Below are positions 12,700 through 24,376 of a stretch of DNA of 64,000 nt, piece by piece. Position 1 is the first letter of the stretch, and each line of letters begins with the position of its first letter. The position numbers and the translations under genes were made by a program. The stretch comes from Daphnia carinata. Lineage: Eukaryota. The notes beneath the pieces were generated by a model that had not been told where the DNA came from, did no database searches, and saw only the letters and a program-made list of their open reading frames with translations. The stretch lies in contig NC_081332.1 in NCBI RefSeq assembly GCF_022539665.2, forward strand, positions 6,696,001-6,760,000, in the 5' to 3' direction.

Positions 12700-15295
12700 A
12701 ACAGCATTTATGATAGTGGATAATCATACATATCCATTTTTAAAGACTTTCGGCCCAACACATAAACCTGCTCATCTTCAATTCCAGAAAGTTTTCTTCT
12801 ACTACAATATGATTTGGAGGATTCTTTGAAGTGGAGTTTTTTTATATTGTTTACCTTTCATGTTGTTCATTAAGGGACCTGAAGAGTATAATTCTTGTAA
12901 GGGGAAAAATTTCTAATATAACTTTTACTAAAACATGCTATATTAATGTCATCCAATCGCCTAATAATTTGTTGTAGTGGCCGTCCACTCTTCCTCACTA
13001 AATTTTTTAATAGTTGTTATTTGTTTTAAAAAGGAAATGCACTTATGTCATCGAGACAACCGTGTCTCTCAACATCCCTCGACAAATGAATGAGGCTATG
13101 TACGTTAAAAGATACAAACCTGGGTCAGTATAGCTCGATGCTTGTTAGTACATACAATCGTAATAACGTGTCAGCGTATGTGACGTTTTCACTGTCGGAG
13201 ACTGCCAACTCAGAGGCGAATGGTATAGGCCTTGCACCAAGAGATGCCAGCGTGTGTCTGCCGTCGATGACGGGTATATTATTCGAAGGGTCCCGGTAGA
13301 GGGGCCGCGATGAACTAGAGTCCGGGCTTCTGATCACCGACACACCAGCGATCGGTCACTCCGATCTCTGGAACGAAAAAAGAATGTGAAATACTTAAGG
13401 GAGTTATTTATTTTGCGAAAGAAGATCTGGCGGCCTCAGTGAAGATGATGCGGTGAGTTTGGCGATGAGCTGCGGCAGGCGATGGCGGCTCGGGCAGACG
13501 ACAGCGAGTGGCAAACCGTGGGCGGGCGTCGGCACCAGATGGATTTCCCGGCACACATCATATTACAATATCATCTCCGAGTTACCGGCCTTTCATCGTT
13601 CGACTATGCGGCGCAGTCTCTTCATCCCTCGGCCGCGTTTAACCTTATCCGCCCTACGTCGCTGGGTTTGGCTGAGATTTCCCGCCAGGAGCTTCAGACT
13701 CTTCGTTCGACGACTCCTTACTTCTTTGTCCGTCATTCCTGTTGTTTCTACGGCCTCAACATCCACCCCTGACTGTGGTTCGGACGTCGGAATTTCCGAC
13801 AGCGTAAGCTGCATAATCCCTACACATTTCCCTATTCACTAGTAGTTTTATGGCAACATGCAGTAACATAAACTGTTGGTATCTTTTGGGAGATAAAAAT
13901 GACTTGTACGCAACAGGGCAGATATAAAGAAGATCTAGCCGCAATTCTGTAGCTTTCCATCTTGGAAGATCTTCAAGCGGACGAGGTTTTCTAGCGAAGT
14001 TTCTTGGGACGTAGTCACGAATCCCTACTCTATAACTAGAGATGGCTTTTATAGCAATTTTTGAAAATCTAACGTTATCGAATTTCCCGGACACGCACTG
14101 AGTTAGCTGCTCTTATAAACTCCTATGCACACTACATGTATGTAATCGAGGCAAATATCACCGACGATTTCAGGAATAATATCCTCGATAATAGATCGGC
14201 GCTGATCCTGGTTATGTTGGTTAGGGTGTAAACGATAACAAAATGACGAGTCAGTTCGTAAAGGTGCATCAAGTTCCGGGTACGTTACTCAGCCTCCGGT
14301 TTTGGCCTGAGCGTGGCTTGTTATAAAACTGCCTACCCACTCACCCTACGTTGTACATTTGCGGCATGAAAAGTACGAGTTGTGGGTCTTGATGTTCAAA
14401 ACAAACGATGTGGCAGGAGCGTCATTGCAAAAACCAACCTCTGCAACTCGGACGGTTTTTCCTAGGAAGTTCAAGCCATCTTCCCCCAATTTCAAAATGT
14501 AATCTCGGAAAGCTTGTAAATATACGTTGAAATCGGCAGGTTTCTTTGCCCCATGATAGATACCAGCAACAAATACATAGTCCCATCCTAAAAAAGAACA
14601 TAAAAACACGTTAATTAAATAAAATTTTATTATAGTTTCCATATTACTGATGGATGCACAGTTAAAATAGATAATAGAACAACTTACCTAAAATTTTGCA
14701 TAATATAGGCCAGAAATCGCTAGCGCTGCTCTCTGACATCGGAATGCCGTCAACATTAAACAATATGCTGAGCTTGGATAGTGGAGATTGATTTTTTTAT
14801 TGGATATCCACCAACAGTCCAATATAGCGTAGAGAGCTGCTTCTACTGGTAAGTGATGATATTTACCCGGTGGCATGTCGATCACGTTTATTTTTTCCCT
14901 TTTTGATGACATAAGGGTCCTCCAATCCAAAGGCAGAAACTTCAAACCACCGTCGTTGTTTAATCGCTTCAGCAAATTGCTCACATGACTACGGGGGATG
15001 TTGCATTCTACCACCCACTCAGCTAAACTTTTTTTAGAATGTTCTCCATTTGACCATCGTCACCGGAGATATTGTCAACATCCTCCCAATCCACCAGGTC
15101 ACGAAGACCCCCGTCAGATATACTGGAGTCTGAAGAAAGTGCTTGAGACAGTCCACAGTCAACTTCAGGGAAAGAATCAAAGGAGTTGTCTTGCAGAAGT
15201 CCCAGCTCCTGTAACGGTGACGTGTTCAGGTTTGCATCATTGCTGAAACCAGTAATAATATTTGTCGCAGTTGCGAGGTGGATTGAAAAATTCAT
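12700..15295 (-). pseudogene. EnSpm/CMC-family transposase, disrupted
   Basis: Motifs LPLDWRTL, VAGIYHGAKKPAD...NDAPATSFVLNIKTHNSYFSCRKC, FARKPRPLEDLPRWKATELR and SFNVHSLIHL...LDDISAFPF. Has stops and frameshifts, an intron at ~14590-14687, and a solo-LTR insertion. Confidence 0.85.
13179..13801. mobile_element. Solo LTR (5-bp TSD) inside the EnSpm transposase
   Basis: TGTGAC...CCGACA termini; TSD GCGTA (13174-13178, 13802-13806). Removing it rejoins the transposase as CRDYAAYA|DTLLRLYV. Confidence 0.9.
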
Positions 15296-15369
15296 AATTT
15301 AGAAGAATTATCATTAAACTTTTTTTACCAATGGCCTTCTACGAATATATTCTATTCTACTAACTATGA

Positions 15370-15754
15370 AGCACATCTGCTGTACCAACCAACCCCCAAA
15401 AAAGTCTTTGGGTAAAAATACCATTTTACCCCAAAATAATGGTCCTAAAATAATTTTTTTTGCAAACGATAGAAAAATCGATAACAACATGTCTGTATGT
15501 ATAAAATATAAAAAACTTGTAGTATTGCGAAGAAAAACGCTATATGGCGGTGAAAAAGTTAAGGAAAAAATATCGTTTTTTTTGTTTCCTAAATAACTTT
15601 TGTATTTTTTTACATATTCATTTAAAAACTTTTACTTGAAATAGGAAACATATACCAATACTATATAATTTTTTTGAAATTTTAAATCAATATTTACTAT
15701 TTTTCCTCTAGCTGTCTCACTTCACCCACTGTCCCGGCTTACCCCAGTCTCCCC
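15370..15754 (+). mobile_element. Terminal fragment of pogo/Tc1-mariner-like non-autonomous element
   Basis: Ends CCCCAGTCTCCCC followed by TA; closely similar to 59536-59921. Confidence 0.8.
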
Positions 15755-16389
15755 TATTTAGGTATGATTGTTGATTCTGTCAGAATGTCATTCGCGCTGC
15801 CCTGTACCAAGGTTCGGGAGGTGAAAAAACTATGTGAAGACGCATTGGGCGCTAAACAGCTATCCTTACGCAAAGTGGCTTCCATTTTATGAAATGTCAC
15901 GTGGGCCATTCCAACCATTCCCTTTACCCAGTCTCACTATAGAAGCGTGCAGCGCTTTTATCTATTGGAATCCAAGAAGCCGAACGGTGATCTCAATAAC
16001 AAATGTAATTTATCGTCCGAGGCGGAAGCTGACTTAAAATGGTGTATGGCAAATTTGGAATTCACAAATGGGAAAGTGTTTTTTCCACGAAAACCGGATA
16101 TTGAGATATGTTCGGACGCTTCACTCTCTGGGTGAGGGGTAATATGTAATGGAGTTACAACTCGGGGCCCATGGACGGTTGATCAACTGAATTTACATAT
16201 CAATTGCCTGGAACTTTTAGGCGCCTTCTACGCGGTACAATTGTTCGTTGGAGCGTCATACAGTCTCTCGGTTAGAATATTTCTTGATAATTCTACAGCG
16301 ATATGCTACAATAATAAAGAGGAAGGAACCAGATCGGTCGAGCAACGAAAATTCTCGGTTGAAGTGGTTTATTTAGCAGGTGTTCTAAA

Positions 16390-17198
16390 TGAAAAGCATT
16401 CTTTCTGAGTGGAAGGGTGACTTTACGTTATTAAGACAAATGAATGAAAAAGAACTCGAGAGGCATTACCATAATGTCGAATATATTTTCTGCTAATAGG
16501 CCAAATAAATGAAACAAAGAATACACAGTTATTTGACATAAATGGGAAACGGAAAGGTGAAAATGGAGTTATACAAAGTCGGTCTTACTGTAACATGCCA
16601 TGGGGAAGGTAGAAGAAAGATAATAGAAGTTGTAGTGGAAAAATAGAAATACAATAACTCGTCGGTCGCCCATGAAAAGGAAGGCACTCACAGTAGTTAT
16701 TTAAGAATTAAATAACTATTAATTATGGTATTATGAAATATTTAAGACTGAACTCACTGGACTTGAACAGAGAATATTTAATAGATGAGAATTAACTGAA
16801 CGGCACAGTAGGAAATGAAGAACTATATTTGGGGAACAAAAGGGGCATCCTTTTATAGGTTTCCCATTGTTAGGGAAAACATAGCGTTTCCGAACCATGA
16901 AATCCGGAAAAAGTTATTTAATCGTCGCACGCGTCACCATTTCAGATTCACGGAAATGGATGGAGCGACGTCCCACTTATATTTCCATTCCACACTTACA
17001 TAGCCAATCAACAAGTAGAGCGAATACAACTCAAGGAAATGTCAACGACACTTGAATAATTATATTTTTATAATGTATAATTTTAAGATAAAAGACAATA
17101 AATATAGTATACAATATTTGAATAGATAAAAAGATAAAAGACAACAAATAATCAAGTCAAAAATATAATTGAAAGGTGTATTCGATGACTTCGTTACA
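16390..17198. mobile_element. Probable solo LTR inserted in DIRS RNase H
   Basis: TG...CA termini flanked by TAAA. Removing it restores CTA AAC GTA GAT GCG GAT (LNVDADRES). Confidence 0.65.
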
Positions 17199-17449
17199 TA
17201 AACGTAGATGCGGATAGAGAATCCTGATCCACCCCCGACACGAGCGATTGGCTGTTAAGTCGACAAGTTTTCAGCAAGTTTTCAGCAATCTAAGTAAAAT
17301 TTGGCCGATGGATGTCGATCTATTCGGGTCGTCCTGGAATACACACTTACCTCGCTTCGTTTCTTGGCGGCCTCAACCAGGTTCCATGGCGGTTAACGCT
17401 CTTTCGGTTAATGGGAACAATTTCATGGGTTACGTTTTCGATTGGCGGA

Positions 17450-17535
17450 GAAAAAGGCCCAGACGAAAAAGGCCCAGACGAAAAAGGCCCGCGAAAAAGG
17501 CCCAGACGAAAAAGGCCCATACGAAAAAGGCCCAC
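17450..17535 (+). repeat. Left terminal array of ~15-bp units (GAAAAAGGCCC core x6)
   Basis: Directly visible; two inverted copies of the core follow at ~17557-17590. Confidence 0.95.
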
Positions 17536-18679
17536 TTTTTTCCAAATTCAAAAGTGGGCCTTTTTCTCCATTGGACTGGGCCTTTTTCTCCGTTTAATTT
17601 CCATGTTCCCACAAACTTTATATTTATTTTCAAAATATATTTCCAACCTCCTATTCCGTGGAAAGTGGAATGTACATAGGTTGCTGAAACCGTTACCTTC
17701 TATAAGGTTTGCCGAGATCAAACAATGTTAGCGTATGTACGTTAGTTAATCTTTGATTATTTATTCGTTAGCAATCTGATTTCGGATTTTGTTAGTATTT
17801 ATGTATTGCTAATATCCCGTTAAATAAAGTTCATTTTTCACAATTTTTGTTTATTGAACTACTATCGGCTTTTTTTAATATAATACAAGAAATTAATGTT
17901 TTTCGCACTTAGCCTTGTTCTGTCCACCCTCTTTGATTATTCCCCCAACCCCCAGTCCATCTCCCTTATAACTTCCCTTTGTCGATACTTATGCCATAGG
18001 TAAAGACCACTGATTCGTTGTGAATAAGGAAACTGAATGAGTTCCGCGGGGCTTTTGTGGTTGCTGGGAACAAAAATATATGTTACCACGAAGACTAGTT
18101 TATTATTATTAACATTTGATAAATAATGTTTATAGGAATAATAGTACAAACTTGAACTATCGTCTGAGGCAAGGACCAAAACAAAGACTATTGTAATTCA
18201 ATATTGATTCTAATACCATTTATTCTTTATACATTTTCAATTCTTTTAACAATTACAAAGAGCCCAATAAATATATTAAAATCATAACCTACTGCTATAA
18301 ATGATTTTGTTCGTTCTTCATGTCCTGTTTTCACCTTTTGTACATTTTCAAGCAGCTATTGATTACCTAATTACACATGACATACTACATTGAGATATAA
18401 GGAAGCTTTACACTTTACGTTAGCAAAGCTACTAATAATGACAAATCAATTTTCTACTACGACGGATTTTTTTTTATGAGAGTCTCTTATTAGTGAAGAC
18501 ACTAAACCTTTTAAATTGAATCTAAGATTTTTTTTCTTCAAATTTGCCACGATCATGGAAGGCATATCAGTGTATTTTTCTAAAAAACTATCACGACATG
18601 GCTGCACATGAAAGAACACAAGTTTAGCTGATCCATCAGTCAGTATCAGTTTTTCATGCGATAAATTTGCCTTTTTTCT

Positions 18680-19460
18680 TTAGTTTATTCACTTTATGTT
18701 CTTTCTTTTCAGTTTTCTTTTTCTTAATGTTGGCTTTTCTCCTTTTCTGTTGTTATTCCCTTCTCTTTTCCTTTTCTTCGATTCGTTCAGCGCAATTTTT
18801 GTTACTCTCTGATTTGATTTGATCTCGTTCATTAATTGGTTTGGCAAGCAATTCCACATAGTCTTTTACCTATTGCAATACAGAAAGGTTAAAAGTTTTC
18901 AAGATCTTACAAATATTTTTGTCAAATTGAAAGTTTACCTGAAAACCTTCAGCTATTTGCAGAGCACCATTTCGTGCCTGTTTCTCTTCAATACTTCTTG
19001 CATTTTCAACTTCAGCTTGGCCTACCAAGATTTTCATTTTTGGTTTAAGTTTTATTTTCTTTCATTTTAATCGTTGCCACTTCTGGATCTAAAGTGGTCT
19101 TATTCAGAATGGGTGAGGAATTAGATAGTTCTCCAAAGTCAAATTTGCCGGAAACTAGGCAGCCTCCACTGTTAAAAATTGGTGTTGGCAGTGTACTTGC
19201 TAGTCTTGCTTCAGGAATTTCTGTTTTAACAAACTCTGAAAGACCAGAGGTTGATGACACAGATGCTGCCTTGGTGGCTCGAGCATGTTTGGCAATTCAG
19301 GACCTCTTCTTCTTACTTTTCCTTTTTAATTTCTTCTTCATTCCCTCTAACTTCCGTTTAAGTTTGATTTTCGTTGTCTTATCAGACAATTCCAGCTTTT
19401 TCCCTGAAAATCAATGGAATTAACTGGCCGGTCTTCCTTAAATGTAAATGATAGACATAC
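18680..19460 (-). pseudogene. SURF6: SURF6-like 3' gene fragment, copy A (tandem duplicate)
   Basis: PIFNSGGCLVSGKFDFGEL, AEGFQ|VKDYVELL and K/E-rich QQKRRKANIKKKK match the SURF6 C-terminal pattern. Intron at ~18870-18937; contains stops. Confidence 0.65.
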
Positions 19461-19469
19461 CTGTTAAGT

Positions 19470-20532
19470 GTGAGGTGTTCATTCGGTTTATGTTCTTTCT
19501 TTTCAGTTTTCTTTTTCTTAATGTTGGCTTTTCTCGTTTTCTGTTGTTATTCCTTTCTCTTTTCCTATTCTTCGATGCGTTCAGCCAACTTCTTTTACAA
19601 TTTGATTTGATTTCATCTTGTTTCTTAATAGATTTAGCAAGCAGTTCCACATTGTTTTTCACCTATTGCAATACAGAAAGGTAAAATTATTTAAAATCTT
19701 AAAAATATGTTTGTCAAATTGAAAGTTTACCTGAAAACCTTCTGCTCTTTGCAGAGCACCTTTTCATGCCTGTTTCTCTTCAATACTTCTCGCATTCAAC
19801 TTCAGTTTGGCCATCCAAGATTTTCACTTTGGCTTTGAGTTTTTTTTTTATTGTTGCCACTTTTGAATCTAAAGTGGTCTTGTTCAGAATGGGCGAGGGA
19901 TTAGATAGTTCTCCTAAATCAAATTTGCTGAATAGTAGGCAGCTTTCACTGTTGAAAATTTGTGTTAGCGGTGTACTGGTTGGTCTTTGTTCAGGAATAC
20001 CTGTTTTGACAAACTCTGTGGGATCAGAAGTTGATGACACTGATGCTGCCTCGGTGGCTTGTGCAAGTTTGGCAATTCAGGACCACTTCTTGTTATTTTT
20101 CTTTTTTAATTTCTTCTTCTGCAATTTTTCTAACTCCTTTTAAGTTTGGTTTTCATTGTCCTATCAGACAAATCCAGCCTTTTCCCTGAAAATAGATGGA
20201 ATAAGCTGGCCCGTCTTCCTTGAACGTAAAGATCAACACATACCTGTTAAGTGTGAGGTGTTAGCTGCTAGACATTCTTCTTGTTCAACACCAACCTTAT
20301 TGCTATTGAGATCATCAACTGTAGATACACTTTCAGTTGGAATGTTGGTCAATAAGCTAGAAATGAAAAAGTCTTCAGGAGTGAGTTGCTTTTTAAGAGC
20401 AACGATGTCAATGGACCCTCGCGTTTTATAAGGCTCTTGATTTTTTGGGTCCTCATTTCCTACAAATTTTGTTTAGACGACACTTTCAAGTACTTGTTTT
20501 CTCTTTTTCCATTTACAAAAACTGCCTCTCAT
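19470..20532 (-). pseudogene. SURF6: SURF6-like gene, copy B (longest)
   Basis: N-terminal LKKQLTPEDFFISSLLTNIP, then IFNSESCLLFSKFDLG, then AEGFQ|VKNNVELLAKSIKKQDEIKS...W.ERIEE and a K-rich tail. Two introns; stops and frameshifts. Confidence 0.7.
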
Positions 20533-20619
20533 CTTATAACCTTTAAACTTTATTATTAATTATTTGATCTCTCAACATTATCACTGATCACTCCATAGAT
20601 CAAACTATACGAAACAAGT

Positions 20620-21860
20620 CTATTGTTATTTTTCTTTAGGGAACGGCATTTCAAGCCAAATCCAGCTTCAGGACGCCTCCACTTGAGGGCAGTATAAGCA
20701 GATGGAAACCATGAACAATAAAAAAGTAGCTAAATTTTGTTGAATTTGTAACAGACTTGCCGCGATCGCGATCAAAAATTGATCGCCGATCCGATCTCCG
20801 ATCAAAAAATTGATCGCCGATCCGATCTTTTGAAAAAGATCGGAGATCGGATCGGCGATCCCAAAAAATTGATCGCGATCCGATCGTTTTTAGCGATCAA
20901 ACTTTTCGCCATCTAGCTGTAGATTTTCAGCCGCAGGGTTCTATTTCACTGCTATTTATGCGAATGCCAATTGAAGGAAACTGTTTAGTGTTCACCCTCA
21001 ATGGCCGCCAGTGACTGTCGCTGTGACAGCCAATGCTATTTTCGCGAGACAGTGTAAATTTTTACCGTTAGATGCTGCACAAAAATGATCGCTAAAAATG
21101 ATCGGCAAAATTTGATCGCCGATCCGATCTTTCGCAGTTTGATCGGATCGCCCGATCCGATCAAACTCAAAAGATCGGATCGGAGATCGCGATCGGAAAA
21201 TTGATCGGCGCGGCAAGTCTGATTTGTAATATAAGAATTACATTTTTTTTTTAAATTCAATCGGTAATCTTAAGAATTTATTTTACTATGTTTATTTTTT
21301 GTACTACCCATCATACGATTTATTGGATACTTACTCTGCTTATACTGCCCTCAGGTGGAGGCGTCCTGAAGGTAGATTTGTCTTGAAAATGTCGTTCTCT
21401 ACAGAAATAACAATAGGCTAAGATCGTCGACATTTTCAAGCCAAATCTAGCTTCAGGACGCCTCCACCTGAGGGCAGTATAAGCAGATGGAAACCATGAG
21501 CAATAACAAAGTAACTAAATTGTGTTGAATTTGTATAAGATATAAGAATATTATTATATTTGTATAATATAAGAATTAAAATTTTCTTAAAATTTCAATA
21601 GACAATCATAAGAATTTATTTTACTACATTTGTTTTTTGTACTACCTTTCAAGCCAAATCTAGCTTGAGGACGCCTCCACCTTAGGGCAGTCTAAGCAGA
21701 GAAAGTATACAAAAAATCGTATGAACCGTTGTTCAAAAAACAAACGTAGTAAAATAAACCCCTAAGATTGCCTATTGAAATTAAAAAAAAAATTAAGTCT
21801 TATATTACAAATTCAATAAAATTAGTTACTTTGTTATTGTTCATGGCCTCCATCTATCTG
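20620..21860. repeat. Cluster of four ~55-bp motif copies forming nested inverted repeats
   Basis: TTCAAGCCAAATCTAGCTTCAGGACGCCTCCACCTGAGGGCAGTATAAGCAGA-like motif at ~20650(+), ~21336(-), ~21435(+) and ~21647(+). Confidence 0.85.
20752..21221 (+). mobile_element. hAT-type MITE (GATC-rich), copy 2
   Basis: TIR CAGACTTGCCGCG; TSD ATTTGTAA (20744-20751, 21222-21229). Confidence 0.95.
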
Positions 21861-22653
21861 TGTAGTACGAAAATTCCATTGATAGCTTTGCTGTTATTGT
21901 CTGCTAGCATCGAAGCTAATACCGAAAAAATTCAGTGAAACAAGGGAAAAGGCCGTTATTGCAACAAAATGTTTGGTGCAATAGATTCTACGAAAAACTC
22001 CTTTTATCATAAAGGACGGCTAGCTGCTTTAAAGAGGTAAGTTGAGTAAGCTCTTCTTCAGAGACTTACGTGCAGCTTGCAATCAAATTGTTGATGTGGA
22101 ATATATTGTCACGGCCATGGATCTTTACCAAGATAGAGACGTCGTGCTTCAGATTAAAAGATAATGTGTATTTCACCACAAGGTTCCATAACACAACTGC
22201 AAAACTAACTGCTCTAACCAATTAATCAAAAAGCCCCCACAGGTGTGCCAAGTCGCCCCTTTTATATCCGGCGACGAGGGTGGTGCTCCAAAGGACGGCC
22301 ATAACTGGGGCGGGATTTCCATCCTAGCGCTGTTGTCGCTACCGCGGTGACGAATCGAATATTTCCGACGCGACATCCCCCTCCTTAAGTCGCGACTCGT
22401 CCCGATCGCGCTCGTGTGCCAGGAAAATAGAAGTCTAAAATCTAATATTTGTGTTACGGGGTAGAGGGATTACAGGGTTAGAGGAATTACACGATATTGA
22501 CTTCATTTATAGGGGGGAATAAAGTAAATAAAAGCATTTCTCATGAATAAAAGTTGGGGCCGCCGCCGACCCATCTAGCGCTCGTAGCCTCAATACTCAC
22601 CGGCCGACCAAGAGATGGCGTGGCCAGTTAGTGTTCTTTTCCAACCACGCTAT

Positions 22654-23736
22654 TCAGTCTCTTCTCATGTCCTCACGTTCTCGCCGGCTTCCATCACGTC
22701 CGTTTGGTCCCCTTTCGTCCTCTCTTCCTTCCCGATCGGGTGTTGGTGATCGTGGTCTCGTATTACCCGAGTTGGTCTCGCAAAAACGAGCAATATGACC
22801 GGAGCGTCCACATCGGTAGCAGATTGGTTTTCCGTCTACTGTTCGAGAAGTATTCTCCCCTCCCAGGCATAATTGTTTAGTGCCTCGTTCCAGCTCTTCT
22901 ATCCGAGCTGCCATATCGCGTATTAAATTTTTTAATTCGTCATGCGACCCTGGGCGCGTGCTGTCTCGCTTTGCGTCGGACTCGTAGGCTTCTTGTTTCA
23001 ACGGAGTTCGCCTTTCTTCGTAGTCAGCATACGTGACTCGCTTGGCTGGAATAGGTTCCTTCGCTTGTCCCATAAAATTAACTACCTGATGCGGCTTCTC
23101 TGAATCCTCATATGCCCTAGTATAAATTTTTAATGCTCTAAAAAATTCATCTGTCGTCCGGGGCTGTTTAATTGTCATTTCTCGCTTCAAAGGCTGATTA
23201 AGCCCACGCAAAAGATAATCTATTTTCTTCGCTTCAGACATCATAGGGTTCAGCCTACGGCACTGATTGAGCACGTCATAGAAATATCCTACGACCGTTT
23301 CAGAAGCCTCCTGCTTCCGATTACGTAGCCTAGCTTTATGATAGCGGTCGAAATCCTCCGAGCGAAATGTTTCTAAAAATCGCGTTCGTAGGCCCCTTCT
23401 CCCGGTTTCGGCCTCCCTCCCAGGCGCGGCTTCACGCGGAGCAACATCGTCCCAGACCACCTGTCTTATTTGACAAGCTAGCCAATCCTTTGCTGTGCCT
23501 TCTACGAATAATCCAAAGTATTCCGCTTTCTCAGCGGGACCCCATCCATTAAAATTGGCGGTCCTCTCGAAACGTTCTATCCATTCAGCGGCGTCATCGT
23601 CTGGTCCTCCGCGGAAAACTGGTACTTCACGATACTGCGATGGATGAGCCGGTGCACGCTGAGCGGCTCCTCCTGCCTGTGCAGGTACACGGGCGGGAGG
23701 TCCATCATTTCCTCTAAATTCCGCACGTTGGGCCAT
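22654..23736 (-). CDS. gag: Ty3/Gypsy Gag (capsid domain + CCHC zinc knuckle)
   Basis: Intact 360-aa ORF: PVFRG...AEWIERFE...NGW, RKQEASETVVGYF (major homology region-like), CYRCGRSGHIARFC. Confidence 0.92.
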   Translation of the reverse strand: MAQRAEFRGNDGPPARVPAQAGGAAQRAPAHPSQYREVPVFRGGPDDDAAEWIERFERTANFNGWGPAEKAEYFGLFVEGTAKDWLACQIRQVVWDDVAPREAAPGREAETGRRGLRTRFLETFRSEDFDRYHKARLRNRKQEASETVVGYFYDVLNQCRRLNPMMSEAKKIDYLLRGLNQPLKREMTIKQPRTTDEFFRALKIYTRAYEDSEKPHQVVNFMGQAKEPIPAKRVTYADYEERRTPLKQEAYESDAKRDSTRPGSHDELKNLIRDMAARIEELERGTKQLCLGGENTSRTVDGKPICYRCGRSGHIARFCETNSGNTRPRSPTPDREGREDERGPNGRDGSRREREDMRRD

Positions 23737-23818
23737 TTCAAGCGTTGGTGCTATAACGAGCGGTAAAGCTCCAGAAAAATCGTCTAACCCCTTATCTCTT
23801 CCTTCCCTTGCGCACTCG

Positions 23819-24376
23819 TTAAAAGGTTCCTTGCTTTTCGGCTATCTTCCGTTGCTCCCTCGGATCAATACACGTTTGTTCTCCTACACCACTATCTCTC
23901 GATCTTGCTTCCTGATCAAACTTCCGATACCTACAAGAGGAATTTGTCCTCGCGTTCGACTTTCCGATCGGGTTCAGTGATACGATTCCTCTTCTCGGAA
24001 AGGTATGGCCGATCGCTTTGGCAGTCTGTGCCCCTACTTCTGAGGAACTTGTCCTCGCGTTCGACTTTCCGATCGGGTTCAGTGATACGATTCCTCTTCG
24101 CGGAAAGGTATGGCCGATCGCTTTGGCAGTCTGTGCCCCTACTTCTGAGGAACTTGTCATCGCGTTCGACTTTCCGATCGGGTTCAGTGATACGATTCCT
24201 CTTCTCGGAAAGGTATGGCCGATCGCTTTGGCAGTCCGTGCCCCTACTTCTGTAACTCTCTTTAGAGATTCCGCCTGACTTCCGTCAAGACCAACGTTGC
24301 GTTGTCCTTCCTCGCTTATCGGGGACGCGGCTAACCCTCGTAAACGCCTGCTCTGCCTAGGCGGATCCGTACTCAT
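23819..24376 (-). CDS. Upstream ORF of the gag-only element (probable Gag N-terminal extension)
   Basis: ATG-initiated MSTDPPRQSRRLRGLAASP resembles Gypsy Gag N-termini. Contains three 35-aa repeats and ends TTT TAA, one base out of frame with gag. Confidence 0.55.
   Translation of the reverse strand: MSTDPPRQSRRLRGLAASPISEEGQRNVGLDGSQAESLKRVTEVGARTAKAIGHTFPRRGIVSLNPIGKSNAMTSSSEVGAQTAKAIGHTFPRRGIVSLNPIGKSNARTSSSEVGAQTAKAIGHTFPRRGIVSLNPIGKSNARTNSSCRYRKFDQEARSRDSGVGEQTCIDPREQRKIAEKQGTF
23936..24252. repeat. 105-bp tandem repeat x3
   Basis: Near-identical units in register at 23951, 24056 and 24161. Confidence 0.95.

Larger units (their letters stand above)
11798..15370 (-). mobile_element. 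EnSpm/CACTA-like (CMC) DNA transposon, one end missing
   Basis: CCCTAGTAGC terminus at 11798 with GACGTC-type subterminal motifs. Contains the transposase pseudogene below. No matching right end found; a pogo-like fragment begins at ~15370. Confidence 0.7.

Noticed and set aside
12403..12707. Repeated ORFs in the GATC-rich elements (also ~21000 and ~54700)
   Set aside because: Chance ORFs within MITE copies.
17248..17731. ORFs with KRPRR / EKGPD repeats (also 27664-27871)
   Set aside because: Translations of the 15-bp terminal DNA repeat array, open in several frames.
17248..21221. Functional link between the DIRS Dam-like domain and the GATC-rich MITEs
   Set aside because: Only proximity supports it; the domain is broken here and its specificity is unknown.
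22173..22376. Identical 67-aa ORFs at 22173 and 24747
   Set aside because: They are simply the two LTR copies.
22654..23736. Domesticated Arc-like host gene
   Set aside because: Still flanked by identical LTRs, PBS, PPT and TSD, so it is a recent mobile copy rather than a fixed host gene.
23936..24252. Possible CRISPR-like array (also 17450-17535)
   Set aside because: Head-to-tail tandem repeats with no unique spacers, in a eukaryotic context with no cas genes.
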